DNA from: Octopus sinensis | Lineage: Eukaryota | Direction of reading: 5' to 3' | Length of the DNA: 64,000 nucleotides | Assembly (NCBI RefSeq): GCF_006345805.1 | Contig: NC_043007.1 | Coordinates: 66,340,001 to 66,404,000 of the forward strand | Shown here: positions 1 through 14,307 of the stretch, in pieces | Numbering within the stretch: position 1 is the stretch's first letter | How the letters are laid out: each line of letters opens with the position of its first letter | Made by a program: the position numbers and the translations under genes | Notes under the pieces: generated by a model | Seen by the model: only the letters and a program-made list of their open reading frames with translations | Databases searched by the model: none | Told to the model about the DNA's origin: nothing

Positions 1-998
1 ATGGTATGATGTCAACTTAATGTGACAGTCCCATGAAAGGGAAGAATGCTACTGCTATTTAGCCCTGGGAAACACTCTTTCCTGTTGGCCATGACACATT
101 TTCTGTGTCCTTATGTTTTCAAATGGGGTGATAAGCACTCCGCCCAGCAAAGCCAGCGTCCAGTGACTAGTTTCAGAGTCATTGTTCATCATCAGTCTGG
201 AGTAGCATGTCTTGCTCGCTGTCGATGATTATTTGCCTTTGAAAACATACACACGCACACACACATTTTTGTGTGTGTGTGTGTGTTAGTAGCAATCAAA
301 AAGGTCCAAAGGAGCCACTTACTTGGTTGTGGTTTACAGGTTTAAAGGAGAAATTCACTCTAAAAGTTTTGTATCGATCATTAGAATATTTAGAAGAATC
401 TAGATAAATATTTATCAAGCGGAACAAGACGAGCTAAACATACATGCGATAAAAGAAACTAATAGATGAGAAACACTGCTTTACGAGAGAATAGTACAAT
501 AGTAAAAGGATGAGAAGTAGTAGAAAGACAGTCAGTCACTCCTTTAGAAACATTTTACCACTGTCCCTGTCTTGATCAGATTTACGCGCTTAGCTAATGT
601 CTTCTCAGAATGTTTCCGTATTTCTTCCCCTCAGAATGTTTCGCTATATCGGGACATTATCACCGATTTAGACATTGGTTACTATGCAGATGGCGTTCCT
701 TGATGACTTTTTAGTCAACAACGTAATCTTTTTTCGTCAGACATTCTGTGACCACTTCAGTGGGTATCTGTCTTCTCTTTTCTTTGGCCTTGTCCTGTCT
801 GTCTGTTCCATCTTATCAAGATGGAACAGACAGGGCAAACAAGACCAGAGAGAAAAGGAGACACAGAAAACAGATAGTCATTGAAGAGGTCATAGAGTAT
901 GTAACGAAAGAATGCTGACAAATATCATCTTCATTAAGGTCTTATATCCAGAAAAACAAAATGTCGAGTACGCATGCTATATTCTGTTGTTTCTATTT

Positions 999-1082
<84 letters not shown>

Positions 1083-1172
1083 GTATAAGGATGAAAAGGA
1101 ACACACGAGTTGATATATATGAAAAAACAAGTGAGTATAGAAAATGCTAAAATAATTTTATAAAGAACATTT

Positions 1173-1208
1173 CAGCACCGGTTTCAGTCATTGAGACCTT
1201 TTCAACTG
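1173..1208 (-). ncRNA. Degenerate minimal type I hammerhead ribozyme motif (U3:A8 core variant)
   Basis: Minus strand reads cag-TTGAAAA-ggtc-tcaat-gact-GAAAC-cg-GT-g-ctg: stem I cag/ctg, stem II ggtc/gact, palindromic stem III ACCGGT. The cleavage triplet is GUG, so this copy is probably inactive. Confidence 0.6.
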
Positions 1209-1529
1209 TAACAATTAAATAATTAAATTTAAAAAAATTAAAAGAAAAGTTTTTTAAAAGAATATTTGTATAGTGTTCAAATATAAGTGGCATTTTCCTT
1301 GTTTCTGCCTTTCTCTGTCTCTCTTGTTTACTCTTGTGGGTTCGAGATCATTATATATATATATACGTTTATCTATTCGTTTTGCAAGATTCTTGATGTG
1401 AAATCGTGTGTTGAAACAGATATTGTTGTATTTCGTGATGGTCATTTTATTTATTTCTTTATATTTTTTCACTTATTTTTTTTCCAAATAAACAAACACT
1501 TTATATTTTTTTCCTTCACTCGTTTATTA

Positions 1530-1670
1530 CTGTTCTTATTTTATTATTTTAACTTACGTCCATTGTCCGGAACACACACGGAAACGAAAAGTGTCACTGA
1601 AGAGATCACAAATGTGTGACGAAAGATTTCCCGACAATGGACATAAGTTAAAATAATAAAATAAGAATAG
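1530..1670 (+). repeat. 38-bp inverted repeat (1530-1567 / 1633-1670) enclosing an HHR-like motif (1592-1636)
   Basis: Arms differ at 2 positions. Interior reads tgtca-CTGAAGA-gatcacaaatgtgtgac-GAAA-gatttc-ccgaca. Confidence 0.6.
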
Positions 1671-1801
1671 TTATAAACGAGTGGAAAATAAACTATATAG
1701 TGCGAGTGTATATTTGGCAATAAATAAATAACATGACCATCTCGAAATACAAAAAATATATATATATATGCATGTATTATGTGTGTGTATGTGTGTGTGT
1801 T

Positions 1802-1838
<37 letters not shown>

Positions 1839-3529
1839 TTTATGGGTTACATCTACCATTAGTTTCATGCTAAACGGTGAGAAATTCCTTAGCAATTATC
1901 AGACCTATGGCATGGAACATCGGTGCTTGTTTCCATATTGGATTAACATACGTATATATTCTATGTCGTTTCTTTATCCTTTTCGTTGTTCTCACTTGTC
2001 TCTTGTTCGGGTCTCTTGTATCTGTTTGGGTGAGTTAAATTTTTTATGGTATCATTTTAACCTGAAATTTTAATACAAAAATTCAGCTGCCTTAATTTTG
2101 ATTTTCTTTATTTTGCAAATTTTTGTCCAATTTTTAGGGTTTTTTTTACATTATTAAATTTTTGCATTATTATATTTTTACTCATTTCATCACGCACTCC
2201 TACAATTTCGTTCTTTCATTTCTCCACTTTAAATTCAAAAAAATTTGTCTTTTGATTGACCTGCATTCATTGCCCTTTTAAATTCTCATTGACCTAATTT
2301 TGTAGTTTCCTTTTCACATTTAGCTTAGCCCACCATTATTTTGAAAATTTCATTAACCTACTTTGATTTACTTTCTATTTGATATCTTCCAGCCCGCCCT
2401 ATTTTGGCATTTTTGCTAATCTCGTCTATTTTTCACCGTCACACATTTAGACCTAGCTCACCAGTCCTTGCAGACTCTCATCGACTTTATTCATATTATA
2501 CATGAATCGCTTTGCTTTCATCATTTTTATTCCATATTTATTTTCCCACTAGTTTTACAACCTTCCATCTACATATGACCTTTCTTGTACTAAGTTTTTT
2601 ATCAACGCGCTTATTTCTATTATATTTTGTATTCCTCTAGTTTATTTTAAATATTTCCGTTGAACCCATTTGAATTTTCCTTTTTCATTGGTTTCTTTTT
2701 TTTTTGTTTTAAATTTAAATTTAAAGTATTTCCTTAACTCCCGAATATTTTCTATTCATTCCCTACCTTATTATAGCATCATTGATCCTTTAAAATTTTT
2801 TTACATTTTCGTAAAACACCTTTTGGTATCAACTAAAATATTTGAAATTTTTTACATTTTTTAAATCCTTGTTTTGTTTTATTTATTACATTTTAATTGA
2901 CCTTATATTATTTGTTACTGTTTTCCATACACATTATTTTGCATATTATTTTATTCGTTTATTAATTTTCTTTCCGAATTTTTTCGTAGTTACTCTTCAT
3001 TTTTAGATTTTTAATTGACTTCATTTTATAAATTTTCATTGTCATCTCAAATTAGTTTTTACATTTTATTTTGTATAATGGTTATTCTTTTTTTAGATAT
3101 TTCCTTGCAAATTACTAATCCCTTTCTCTTTTTTGTATTTTTTTTCATTTAAATGCTTCTATTATTTTTAAAAATTACTCTTGTTATTGTTAACATTTTT
3201 TTTTACATTATTCTGCTTTTTTTGTTAAATATTTTATAATATTGTATTTCTTATAGTTTTGTTTGTCTTCTTTTCCGTCTCCACCTTTTCACTATTCCTC
3301 GTATTTCTTTACATCTTTGTTGCCTGTTCTATTTCGTTTTATTTCTGTGGGTCCTATTATTTCCCATCAATTTCCTATTTATACTTTTGTCTTATACTAG
3401 AGTTCTGTTCAGATTCACCTCTTTTTACCTTCCGGCTTTCCTAACGTAAGTATTAATAATATATATACGCAAAACGATCTAATCGATTGTACATGTTTCA
3501 CCTTATAAGAGATAGTATTGGATATGGAA

Positions 3530-3550
3530 ATAATAATAATAATAACAATG

Positions 3551-3590
<40 letters not shown>

Positions 3591-3610
3591 CAACAACAAC
3601 AACAATAATA

Positions 3611-3661
<51 letters not shown>

Positions 3662-3752
3662 CTGATGATGATGATGATGATGATGATGATTTACAATCAT
3701 CACCATCATCATCATCATCATCATCGTCGTCGTCATTATTATTATTATTATA
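3530..3752. repeat. Compound trinucleotide microsatellite (AAT/AAC/GAT/CAT)
   Basis: Directly visible tandem triplets. Confidence 0.95.
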
Positions 3753-3757
3753 ACACC

Positions 3758-3960
3758 GAGCTGGCAGAAACGTTAGCGAGCCGATCAAAATGCTTAGCAG
3801 TATATCGTCCGTCTACATGTTCGGAGCCGAAACTGAACCGAAGCCGACTTTTCCTTTCATCCTTTCAGTGTCGATAAAATAAGTATCAGTTGAGCACTGG
3901 GTTCAATGTAAACCGCTTCTCTCCTGCGAAGTTGCAGGTCTTGTGCCAAAATTTGAAATT
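3758..3960 (+). mobile_element. tRNA-derived SINE, family B (head gagctggcagaaacgttagc), with (ATT)n tail
   Basis: Matches more than a dozen other copies in the window; 3' end ccttgtgccaaaatttgaaatt runs into (ATT)n. Confidence 0.8.
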
Positions 3961-4022
3961 ATTATCATTATTATTAACATCATTAGTAGTAGTAGTATAG
4001 TAGTAGTAGTAGTAGTAGTAGT

Positions 4023-4060
<38 letters not shown>

Positions 4061-4061
4061 T

Positions 4062-4113
<52 letters not shown>

Positions 4114-4134
4114 TCATCATCATGGTTATTATCA

Positions 4135-4198
<64 letters not shown>

Positions 4199-5229
4199 CA
4201 TCATTATTATTATTATTATCATTATTATTAATCACCCAATTTTGGCATGTTTCGGAAACTGAGTTGGTGCTTCGTTTTCGTTATTAGAATTTTTTTGCTA
4301 ATATTATTGTCTCTGGTTTCTAAGTAGACTAGAGCCATAAAGGTCTGATCAACCGTTTCTACGGAGCAAAATTTTTTAAGAGAAAACATTTCTTTTCACA
4401 ACATGTAGAATAATTTCAACATGGCACCGTCGTCGTCGCCTAGCCAAGATGAGAGGAAGATGGGAGGAGATTTTGAAAAGGAATTTTTTCGTTGCCGTCA
4501 ACTCCTTTCTCCAAATCTTCCAGGCGCAAATGAAAATGGTAGCAGCTGTATTAGTTACAACAACAACAACAGTAATAAAACAATAGCAGCAGCAGCAGCA
4601 ACAACAAGAACAACAAGAACAACAACATCTACCACACAAGCTACAGCAACACCCGCAAGAGAAATGATATACCGAGCAACATGACTCGAAAAATGATAAC
4701 TAGCAGCATATCGTGCATTCTTGACATTGCCACCACCTCTATCCACACCACACAAATAAGAAATAATAACAGCGACAACGTTGATTTGAACGCTACCAAC
4801 ACCATTAAAAATTCACTTTAAAATATTTCCTTTGCGAAAGTCACCAATGTGCTTGATGTGATGCCATTAGAGAACAAGGATGAATGTTTAATAGAGGCAG
4901 AAAAAACATAAACCGAAGGAATCAAAGAAAAACATAAACCGAATGAACCTCTACGACGGAAACGTAAAGAAAACTATTCTATATAGGTGTTTGTCTAAAT
5001 AAAAACACAAGTTGAAGCACATATTTTCAGAGCAAGCTGAGCACTGCTTAAAAGGACTGTCTCACATCAGTTTTGTGAGCCAAATCCCTACGTTTGCCTA
5101 CGCGGAACCATCGCACACAAGTTCTATAAAAAAGGAAAACAGAAGACATCACATCGTTGTTGATTTATCTGGGATAGGGAGTGATCGAGTAAATATCTCA
5201 AACCAGCAGAACTTGATTTCTGATGGTTA

Positions 5230-7330
5230 GTGAAATGTGTAGTCTTAAAAGATTCCAGCACATTTCTCATGCAACGAGGATTTCAAAATGAGAATTTGGT
5301 TGGGATGTTTAGAGATTTTAATTCAAGCGAAACCTGAGACACGAGAAAAATAAAACGACATAATGAAGATCCCAGGAGGACAGCTTCTGAATATGTTTGT
5401 AGAAGGCAAAAGGCCGTGATGTTACAACTGAGGAAACGCAAGTCATATCAAGGCCTTCTGCTCCCAATGACCCAACATCAATAAACTGTGACAGCTGAAA
5501 GGAAAGCTCCACTACTGTTAACTTCACTTCTAGACTAATAAAAAACGGGAGCAACCACAACACAAGCAACCACCACAACAGGCAACGCATCATCAGTTTT
5601 CGCAGTACCCACTGCAGGAGTGGAAGCAGCAGTTGCAGCAACGGCAGCAAAGCAGCATCAAGAGTAGAAACAGCAGCACAAACACCAAAACGAACAACAC
5701 CCGCACGGGACAGTACACCAGCAACTGAAATCCCCTAAGCAACACAGCGCCAAACTCAATGACCCCACATAAGTCATGCCCTTCCCTGCTTGAGACCGTT
5801 CAGACTTGTCATGTATTGAAAGGGGCAAAGACAATAAAAAGAAAAACACACCAATACAAAAAACTAAATTATGAAGAAATGGGGGAGATGCGTCTGAACA
5901 ACAATGATTAAACATTACCCACAACAGACGCTACATCAATACAGTCAATAATATCATTCGCATCACTACCATCACCATGACAGACACCACTATTACAAGC
6001 ACAACCTAATTCAGTCAATAACTCTGAGATCATGCACTCCAATTCGGGCAAAAAGAAAACTTTAACCACACCGCCATAAACGCCTCCAACTTGGAACTAA
6101 TGAACCACATACACGAATATAATAGTATCACCAACAATAACTATATCAAGTAATATTCAATCTCATAAAAATCAACCAAATATTACAACTTACAGCACTC
6201 AAGAAGAAGTAGAGATTTCCGAACAAGTGTCCGTAAAAGACTGTAAAAAACTGCTAGCAGAAACACCAACAATCTACTGGAAGGACGAAATACATGTCTC
6301 TCCATAGGAATATAGTTGGCGATAATTTCTCACTAGCTTTTATTCTGTCGACATGCCTGTACACAGAATAGGCAGTGAAATTGCACATGTCCTAGGGTCA
6401 GCGCGAAAGCAGGTTCACCTGCTCAACGAAGTCAAGTCACTAGACATAGATATGGTGGCCATCAACAAAACCAGTTTCCGATCCACATACCCATTTTCAT
6501 GGATATGAGATTTACTTTTCTCCATGTCGACTGGAATTAAGCGGTAGAATTGCTGCATTGACTCGGAAATGTCCGAGCCTCAAGATACGGGCCAAATTTC
6601 TGGATCCAGAAAGTAAGATGTTTATCCTTCATGTGAACAATACCAAACATATTTTTAGGTTACTAGCTGTTTACGCTCCAGCAAGGTCAGAACAGCTGTA
6701 TTTCTTCAGTCGTGTTGAGGTTTTCCAGGAGCGTCTCGCTCTTTAGTACTAGTGGGCGACTGGAATGCCACCTTGGATGCACGTATGGATTGTGTGGAGC
6801 TAGGTGATAGGAGAATAAGATGGAAAAGCCTTACATCTTTTAGACCCTCCCTACATGGTCACAGGTAACGACTGAATTTACCGAATATGCCGGTATGAAC
6901 AAGAAGAAATCATAACGGGTCATCTAAATCGTATCTAGAGTATTCTGTAGACCAGTTGTTAAAGATGGTATGAATCGATAGTCCACTAATCCTCGACTAT
7001 AAAGACCACAAGCTTGTGATCTTCACGGTCGACCTAGATAGGCTTTGTGGGCAAGGAGTCAGTTACTGGAAGTTGAACGCGTTTATAAACAAATTATAGT
7101 TTGCACTGGTTAGACGATTAGCGTAGAATCCGCTGGGATTAGTAAGGTCGTCTCGAGAGAGGAAAATAGAATAGAGGAGAAGATTTAATTATAAACTAAA
7201 AAGAGGTTCTTAAGAAAGGCATCCCAACCGACATGTCCACGGCGAGAATGGCCATCGACCAATCTCGCCTTCAACGTGAAGCACAAAGGCTGCATTGTCA
7301 GAGTTAGGGCATGTGCTCTAAGATATGACA
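5230..7330 (+). mobile_element. Decayed Tx1/L1-clade LINE: ORF1 zinc knuckle plus APE endonuclease
   Basis: 5420-5461 translates CYN*GNASHIKAFC (CX2CX4HX4C with a stop at the second C). 6340-7100 gives DIDMVAINKT, RLLAVYAP, VLVGDWNATLD, YKDHKLV and YWKLN. Many stops and frameshifts. Confidence 0.8.
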
Positions 7331-7399
7331 CGAGGGGACAAAAACTGTTCGATAGACAAAAACTGGTCGTGGTATTCTCGTCTTATGGTCTGTCGGGAG

Positions 7400-9150
7400 C
7401 GGGTAGCGGAGTAGCAGTATCATTCCGAAAATAATTAGGACTCAAAGTAAAGGCCTAAGGATAGGCCGGTGATCCTAGATGTGAATGGTGGTACCTGGTG
7501 CCCCTGTATGTTCCCACAGGGGGTGGGTGGCCAGATATTTTCAGGCGTCTTGAAAAATTCCTGGGATAGTTTCGCACTTTAGTACTAGTGAGGGACTGGG
7601 ATAGAATTTTGGATGCGCGGAGACTGTGGGGTCTTGTACACAGAAGAAGCGTGTGTCAAAGTCAAGGAAACCTGCTCAGAAACTTCCAGTTTTCTGACAG
7701 GTATCGATTGGATTTCCCTGATGTGCTGGTGTGGATACTGATCAATCACAATGGGTCGTCCAAATACTATTTAAATAGAGTATTTGTTAGGTCAGCGGAT
7801 AAGGATAGCACAGGGTGTCGACAATTCAAATTGGTCGGCTACATAGACCACAAATTCGTGATCTGCACACTCGATCTAGATAGGATATGGCTCGAACGGT
7901 GAAGATGCAACGTGGTTCGTCAGGGCTGCCCGCTGTCACCTCTTCTGTACGTGTTGGCTCTCGAGCCACTGTAGCGAAAGTTGGAAAAATTGAGGAGCAT
8001 CCCTTTCGAACTGGGACTCGGAAGAGCAGTGTCTGCATACGGAGATGACGTCATTGTCATGGTGTCGAAAGCCTCCGTATATTCTAGAGGAATATGAGTC
8101 GGTTGTAGAGGCCAAAATTAGCGCCGAGAAGTCAGTGGGCTTAGGACTGAACATCTGAAGAGGCAGGTTGATGTCATCAGCCGGCGCCGTCGGACGCTGG
8201 ATTGACGAGCCAGTTAAACTACTCGGAGTCTAGTTCGGTCCCGTCCTCCAAGTGGGTAAGAGCTGGGACGAAGTGACGATCAGGATGGCCAGTCTTACCC
8301 AGAAATAGGCTGAAAGGAAGCTGTCTTGAATGGTTGGGTAGAGGTAGCGAATGCCTACATCACCTCCGTTAATATTTATCGTCTGACCGTCAGTTATTGC
8401 TTGATCAAGTTGGAGCGTCTCTTGTTTATGCTGTTATAGAATGAACGCGTTCCAATGGTCAGGCGGCCAGTCTGCTGTCAGCTTCCTCTGAGTGGCGGCT
8501 TAGGTATGCCGTAGCTATTGGTGTTCAGACATGCGCTCAGGTTGCCTCACCTGCATCGATTTCTAGAAGGTGAACGTGTGTGGGCTCCATTTGTGAGACA
8601 CGTATTTCCGCAACTATTCTTTTTGACGGAGCTGCAGTCCTGGGTGAGGAATAGACCAAGACTGGGCGCCTGGCACCTAGAATGTCGTCAAGCGTTCACT
8701 GTCCTCTACCAGTCGGGCATTTGGTTCGGTGGATGTTCCACTTTAGCTACTTAGTCCTAAGGGAAATTCAGAGCGTTCACGAACATGAAATGACTAGTCT
8801 GTTTCAGTGGACTCTTTGGTCGGAGTCTATTATGGATAATTTCCAGATGTTTCTGGCTTGGCAGTGCTACAGGGGAGCGCTACCGTTTCGAGCTAAATTC
8901 TACAGGCACGGATATTCTGTAAGACGAGCTTGTCCGAGGTGTGCGCAGAGCGACGAAACCGTTCTGCAAGCACGCATTCAGTGTCCGGTAATTGCTGACA
9001 TGTGAAGTTATGTTGAACACCTATTGTCGCATGTGAGATGGATCTGTGTATCGTCCGAGTTCATAGTGATGATTGCTCCGCAGCGGGATAGAGTTTCTTC
9101 TTTCTCGTTGGCTATTCGTGATCGGAATTCATTAGCATTCTCAAGTCCAT
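7400..9150 (+). mobile_element. Second decayed Tx1/L1-clade LINE segment: partial endonuclease, RT and C-terminal Cys motif
   Basis: VLVRDWDRILD and YIDHKFV (EN); VRQGCPLSPLLYVLALEPL and SAYGDDV (RT, ~7915-8060); CPRCAQSDETV (~8930-8965). Confidence 0.85.
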
Positions 9151-9166
9151 TTTTGAAATCATCATC

Positions 9167-9229
<63 letters not shown>

Positions 9230-9236
9230 GCAGCAG

Positions 9237-10634
9237 CAGTCTTATTTTTATCAGTCGCTTTCACTGCACTTCTGCGCAGTTCTGTGTGCCTTGGGTATGT
9301 GCTGTGGTATGTTGTGGTGCTCTTATGGTTACTGTATTGAAAGTATTCTACGTAGGATGTGTGCAGTGCCTAATAGTGCTATTTTCTGTATGTTACATAT
9401 ACTTGTCAGTGCTGATGTTTTTGTTATGTAATTGTTTGAATATTTTTTTATCATACATAACGCGCCGACTATGACAGGAATTGCTTCTGTTTTTAGACTC
9501 CACATTTAAGTTATATCTATTTGCAGATCTTTGCATTTTGAAAGTCTTTCTTTTTCTGTTAGAGAAACATTGTCATCTTTTGGTATTGATACATCGATTA
9601 GAAAGCATTTTTTTTGGTGATCTTTGGTCTCTATCCGTATATATTATCATATCCCAGAGTAAGGTTGTTTTCTCTTCTTAGCCATGACTGGGCAGCCAGG
9701 GACAATATGATCTATTGTTTCTTCTCCATCTCTACATATTCTGAAGTTTCATGTATTTCTTTTCATTACACATTTTTGGTCATTTCTGGTGGAAAAAACA
9801 TTGATCTTATGTATAAGGCCTCTACCACCTCCGATACGTTGTATATATAGTATTTCTATGTCAGATTGTGGCTGGTTCATCTTAAATCCTGTCATTAGTT
9901 TTCTCTTTTTCTTGTTTATTTTGATTAGTTCATCTAGAGTTCACTTAAGAATATTGTAGCTGTAATTTATAACTGGGACAACTAGAGTGTTCATACCTAT
10001 TATCTTGTTTTTCGCATTGAGCTCTGTTTTAAGCATTAATCTAACTCGTCTATAGTATTCTTTTCTTACCTTCCCTTTCATTTGTTTGTATTGTATCGTA
10101 TCTAGTTAATTGATTCTTAAACATTTATATGTCTGGCTTTGGTCTAATTCTCTTATTTCATTTCCTTTATCTAGTGTGATGTTGCTACTCTTAACTAGTT
10201 TTCCTCTTTTCAAGGTTGCTTTGGCACATTTTTCTAAGTCAAATTTCATGTCTATTTCTTTGGTAAATCCATCGACTGTCTGTAGTAACGTTTCCAGCTG
10301 TTTATCATTTGTACTGTACAGTTTTAGATCATCCATATATAGAGGTGGCTGATTGTTTTACCGTGACAGTTGTATCTATATCCAATCTTGTTTACCAGGT
10401 TAGATAAGGGTGTCAGTGCCAAGCAGAAAAGGAATGGAGAGAGCGTGTCCCCCTGGAATATTCCTCTTCCAATGGGGATGGCTCTGGTTTTCATGAGTCC
10501 TTCTTTTGTTTGAAGCTGTAGCACTGTCTGCCATTTATTGATGAAATGTTTTATATATTTTATGATTATTGGTGCTACCTTGTTCATGGCTTGTGTTTCT
10601 AAGATCCAGGTGTGGAGAATACTATCAAAAGCTA
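9237..10634 (-). mobile_element. 5'-truncated, internally deleted copy of the R4/Dong-like LINE
   Basis: ORFs contain GIFQGDTLSPFLFCLAL and MDDLKLY, nearly identical to 37109-38360. Shares the 3' UTR and is flanked by (TTA)n on both sides. Confidence 0.92.
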
Positions 10635-10655
10635 CTTATTATTATTATTATTATA

Positions 10656-10718
<63 letters not shown>

Positions 10719-10899
10719 TCGCGTAAGCGAAAAAAGGTGTTGTAATCAATCGTCTTTGTTTTTCTGTGTGTTTGCAAAATTACAGGAAAACGGGTGAACA
10801 GATTTTCCTGAAATTTAGTAGAAACACGCATTGGCTCGGAATTATGAAAATTTGGTTTGATTTTCTTCAGACATATATAAATACATTCATAGATATACA

Positions 10900-10948
<49 letters not shown>

Positions 10949-11479
10949 TGATGGTTTCGAGGATTTCGTTTATTTACGAATTGATTTTTAAAATTTAATC
11001 GGGTAAAAATAACTATAATGGTGATACTTATAAAAAGAAGAATTAATTCAGTTCAATTAAAAAGCATGGGTTAGCAACGCATCGTAAACCAAACAGTAAT
11101 TTGCGAAAAAAATTATCTACACGTAGGGTATACATCGCCCCTCCGACGCCTTGTTTTTTTCATAATTATTATTATCATTATCATTATCATCATCATCCCG
11201 TCCCCAAAATGGCTGCCCTTGTGGCAAAATTTGAATCCATTATTACTATTAACTTCATCCTCCTCCTCATCATCATTATGATCATCATTATCATCATCGG
11301 CATTATCATCATCATCATCATATATACATACCTTTCACACATACACATCAGTCTCTGTTTCCCATCCCTTATTTTACTCCCTCATCATTTTTAAATATAT
11401 GTAAAGGTAATTGCCATTACCGTTATTGCTGTTGTTCTTGTTGTTCTGAAGAAAAAAACCGCTTGTTTACTTTATTGAC

Positions 11480-11529
<50 letters not shown>

Positions 11530-11619
11530 GAGACAGAGAGACAGACAGACAGGCAGAGACATTAACCAATAAAATGCATCCAACGTCTCTCGGACAACGA
11601 CGACTAGTTTTCAGTCGTG

Positions 11620-11660
11620 GACATATTTTCGCCTTTTATTATTACTATTACTACTACTAC

Positions 11661-11703
<43 letters not shown>

Positions 11704-11895
11704 GCTATTGATGACGATGATTATGATGACATTGCCGTTGATCATATCTTTAGCATCACGATCATAATCTTCGTCTCGTTCTCTGTCAGTCGTTGTCATT
11801 CTCATCCTCATCCTTCTCCTCTTCTTCATCATCGTAGTCATCGTCGTAGTCATCGTCGTCGCCGTCATCATTATCATCGTCGTCGTCGTCGTCGT

Positions 11896-11939
<44 letters not shown>

Positions 11940-12330
11940 CCATCATCATCGTCATCGTGATCATCATTTTCTTCGGACATCACCGAAATGGCTTTCAAAA
12001 TATAAAAACATGAAAAACATCATAATATTGCCTGATGAGGGGGAGGACAACGATGACGACATCACCACGGCTACCATCATCACCAAACCCGCTATCACTA
12101 CTAACATCACCATCAGCAGCCTCCATCTCCACCACCACCACCATCACCACTGTCAACACAACCATCAAAAACTTCAATACTAACCTACACCACTATAATC
12201 AGCATCAATATCATCATCACCACCACTAGCACCCCTATCGCTATCACCAGTATCAGCACCACAACCACCACCACCACCAACAACAACACCAACACCACGA
12301 CTACCAAAATCACTAATACCACGAGCATCA
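11620..12330. repeat. Compound trinucleotide microsatellite field (TTG/CAT/CGT/CAC)
   Basis: Directly visible. Confidence 0.9.
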
Positions 12331-12730
12331 TCAAATGTAAAATTGCAGCTGTAGAAACTGTAGTGTCAACCCAAATAATATGGGAGCTAAATGGGGAGGG
12401 GCGCGAGTGGAATGTCTGGATGATGCAGTATGATATGATGGGCAACGGTGTGGTGAGGTGTACTTACAGTAAGGTAGAAGCCGGAATGAGAAAAACACAC
12501 GCACACACACACACACACACACACATACGTATGTATATATATATATTCATATATATAGACACACACACACATATATATATATATATAAATTCATATACAC
12601 ACACACACACACATATATGTCTATACACATACATACACAAATACGTTGTTCTCCCCAAATTTTCCGTTCTTCACCTTGTTCAATATATCTTGCCCTTTCT
12701 CTCACTCACACTTTCTCTCCTTCAGACATA

Positions 12731-12781
<51 letters not shown>

Positions 12782-13283
12782 TCAGTCTCTCGCTCTCCTT
12801 CTCTCTCTTACATTTTCCTTTACTATGTTTTTCCCCTTCTTTTTCTTCGCCGAACGGAAAAAAAGAGTCAACAATAAGATAACCTCTCTTTTGAATTACA
12901 ATAACAATCTATGTTATGTATAGTTGGGCAATAGTGGAGTGGGTGGGCATCTGGAAGGGGGGCGTTCAGGAAGCGGCGGATGAATAGATGGAAAATGGGT
13001 GAATGGATGGATGGATGGATGGAAGTGGGTAGGTGGTGAAGGTAGTGCGGTACTACATGATGATGGTGGTGGTGATTGTGGGGTATGGAGTGGGACGATG
13101 GAGGTGGGAAGGGTAAAGGTTTTTAAGCATGTTGGTTTTTAGAAAGAAAGCCCAAACCGCATGAATATTCTTACAGCTTCGTCGAAGATGAAGCGATAAG
13201 TAAGAAATACTAACAGACAGAGCAGATTGACAACAACAAAAAGCATAAACATGCAAGACAAATTCACACTCACAATCAAAGTG

Positions 13284-13354
<71 letters not shown>

Positions 13355-13520
13355 CATGTGTGTGTATACACGTACATATTTACATATATACGTACACATG
13401 CACACACATATATATATATATGTACATATGTATATGCTTATACATATACATATATGTGTGTATACATGTAATGCATGAAGGAGAGAGTGAAGTGCATCCA
13501 TGATGTGTGAAAAGGAAGAG

Positions 13521-13524
<4 letters not shown>

Positions 13525-13566
<42 letters not shown>

Positions 13567-14260
13567 GCACAGGGATAAAAGGAAAGATATGTGTAAAGGA
13601 ATACGTAAAAGAACAAGGTGTGAAGAGAATGATTGTACGTAAGTAGAAGAGGTGCACAGAAGGATATAAATGAGAAAGAGAAGTATACTGGAAAAGTAGA
13701 GACAGAGAGACACAGCGACAGACAGACAGACAGATACTGAAACAAACAGACAGACAGACAGACACAGGGACCTAGAGGCACAGAGAGAGAGAGAAATAGA
13801 CACACAGAGAGGCAGATACAGACGGGAACAGAGAGAGACAGACACAGAGAGAGACAGACACAGAGAGAGACACAGGGAGAGACAGACACAGAGAGATGGA
13901 CACAGAGTGAGACAGACAGACACTGAGAGAGAGAGACAGACGCAAAGACAGATAGACATAGAAACAAAAACACAGAGAGACATACACAGAAAGAGAGAAG
14001 CACATAGAGACAAACACAGGGAGAGAGAGAGAGAGAGTGAGACGCACAGAGATAGACACACACACACAGACAGACACAGAGACACAGACACACAAACAGA
14101 CAGACACAGAGACAGGTAGACACGGGAAGACAGACACGGAGAGAGACAGACATAGAGAGAGATAGACACAGGGAGAGATAAACAGAGAGAGAGAGAGAGA
14201 GAGAGAGCCGCAGAGTGACAGACACAAAGACAGGTACAGAGAGAGAGAGAGAGAGAAGGG

Positions 14261-14307
<47 letters not shown>

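Noticed and set aside
4421-4684. ORF MAPSSSPSQDERK and the Gly-rich frame at 14690-14800
   Set aside because: Half low-complexity with no homology I can recognise; both are compatible with decayed triplet repeats.
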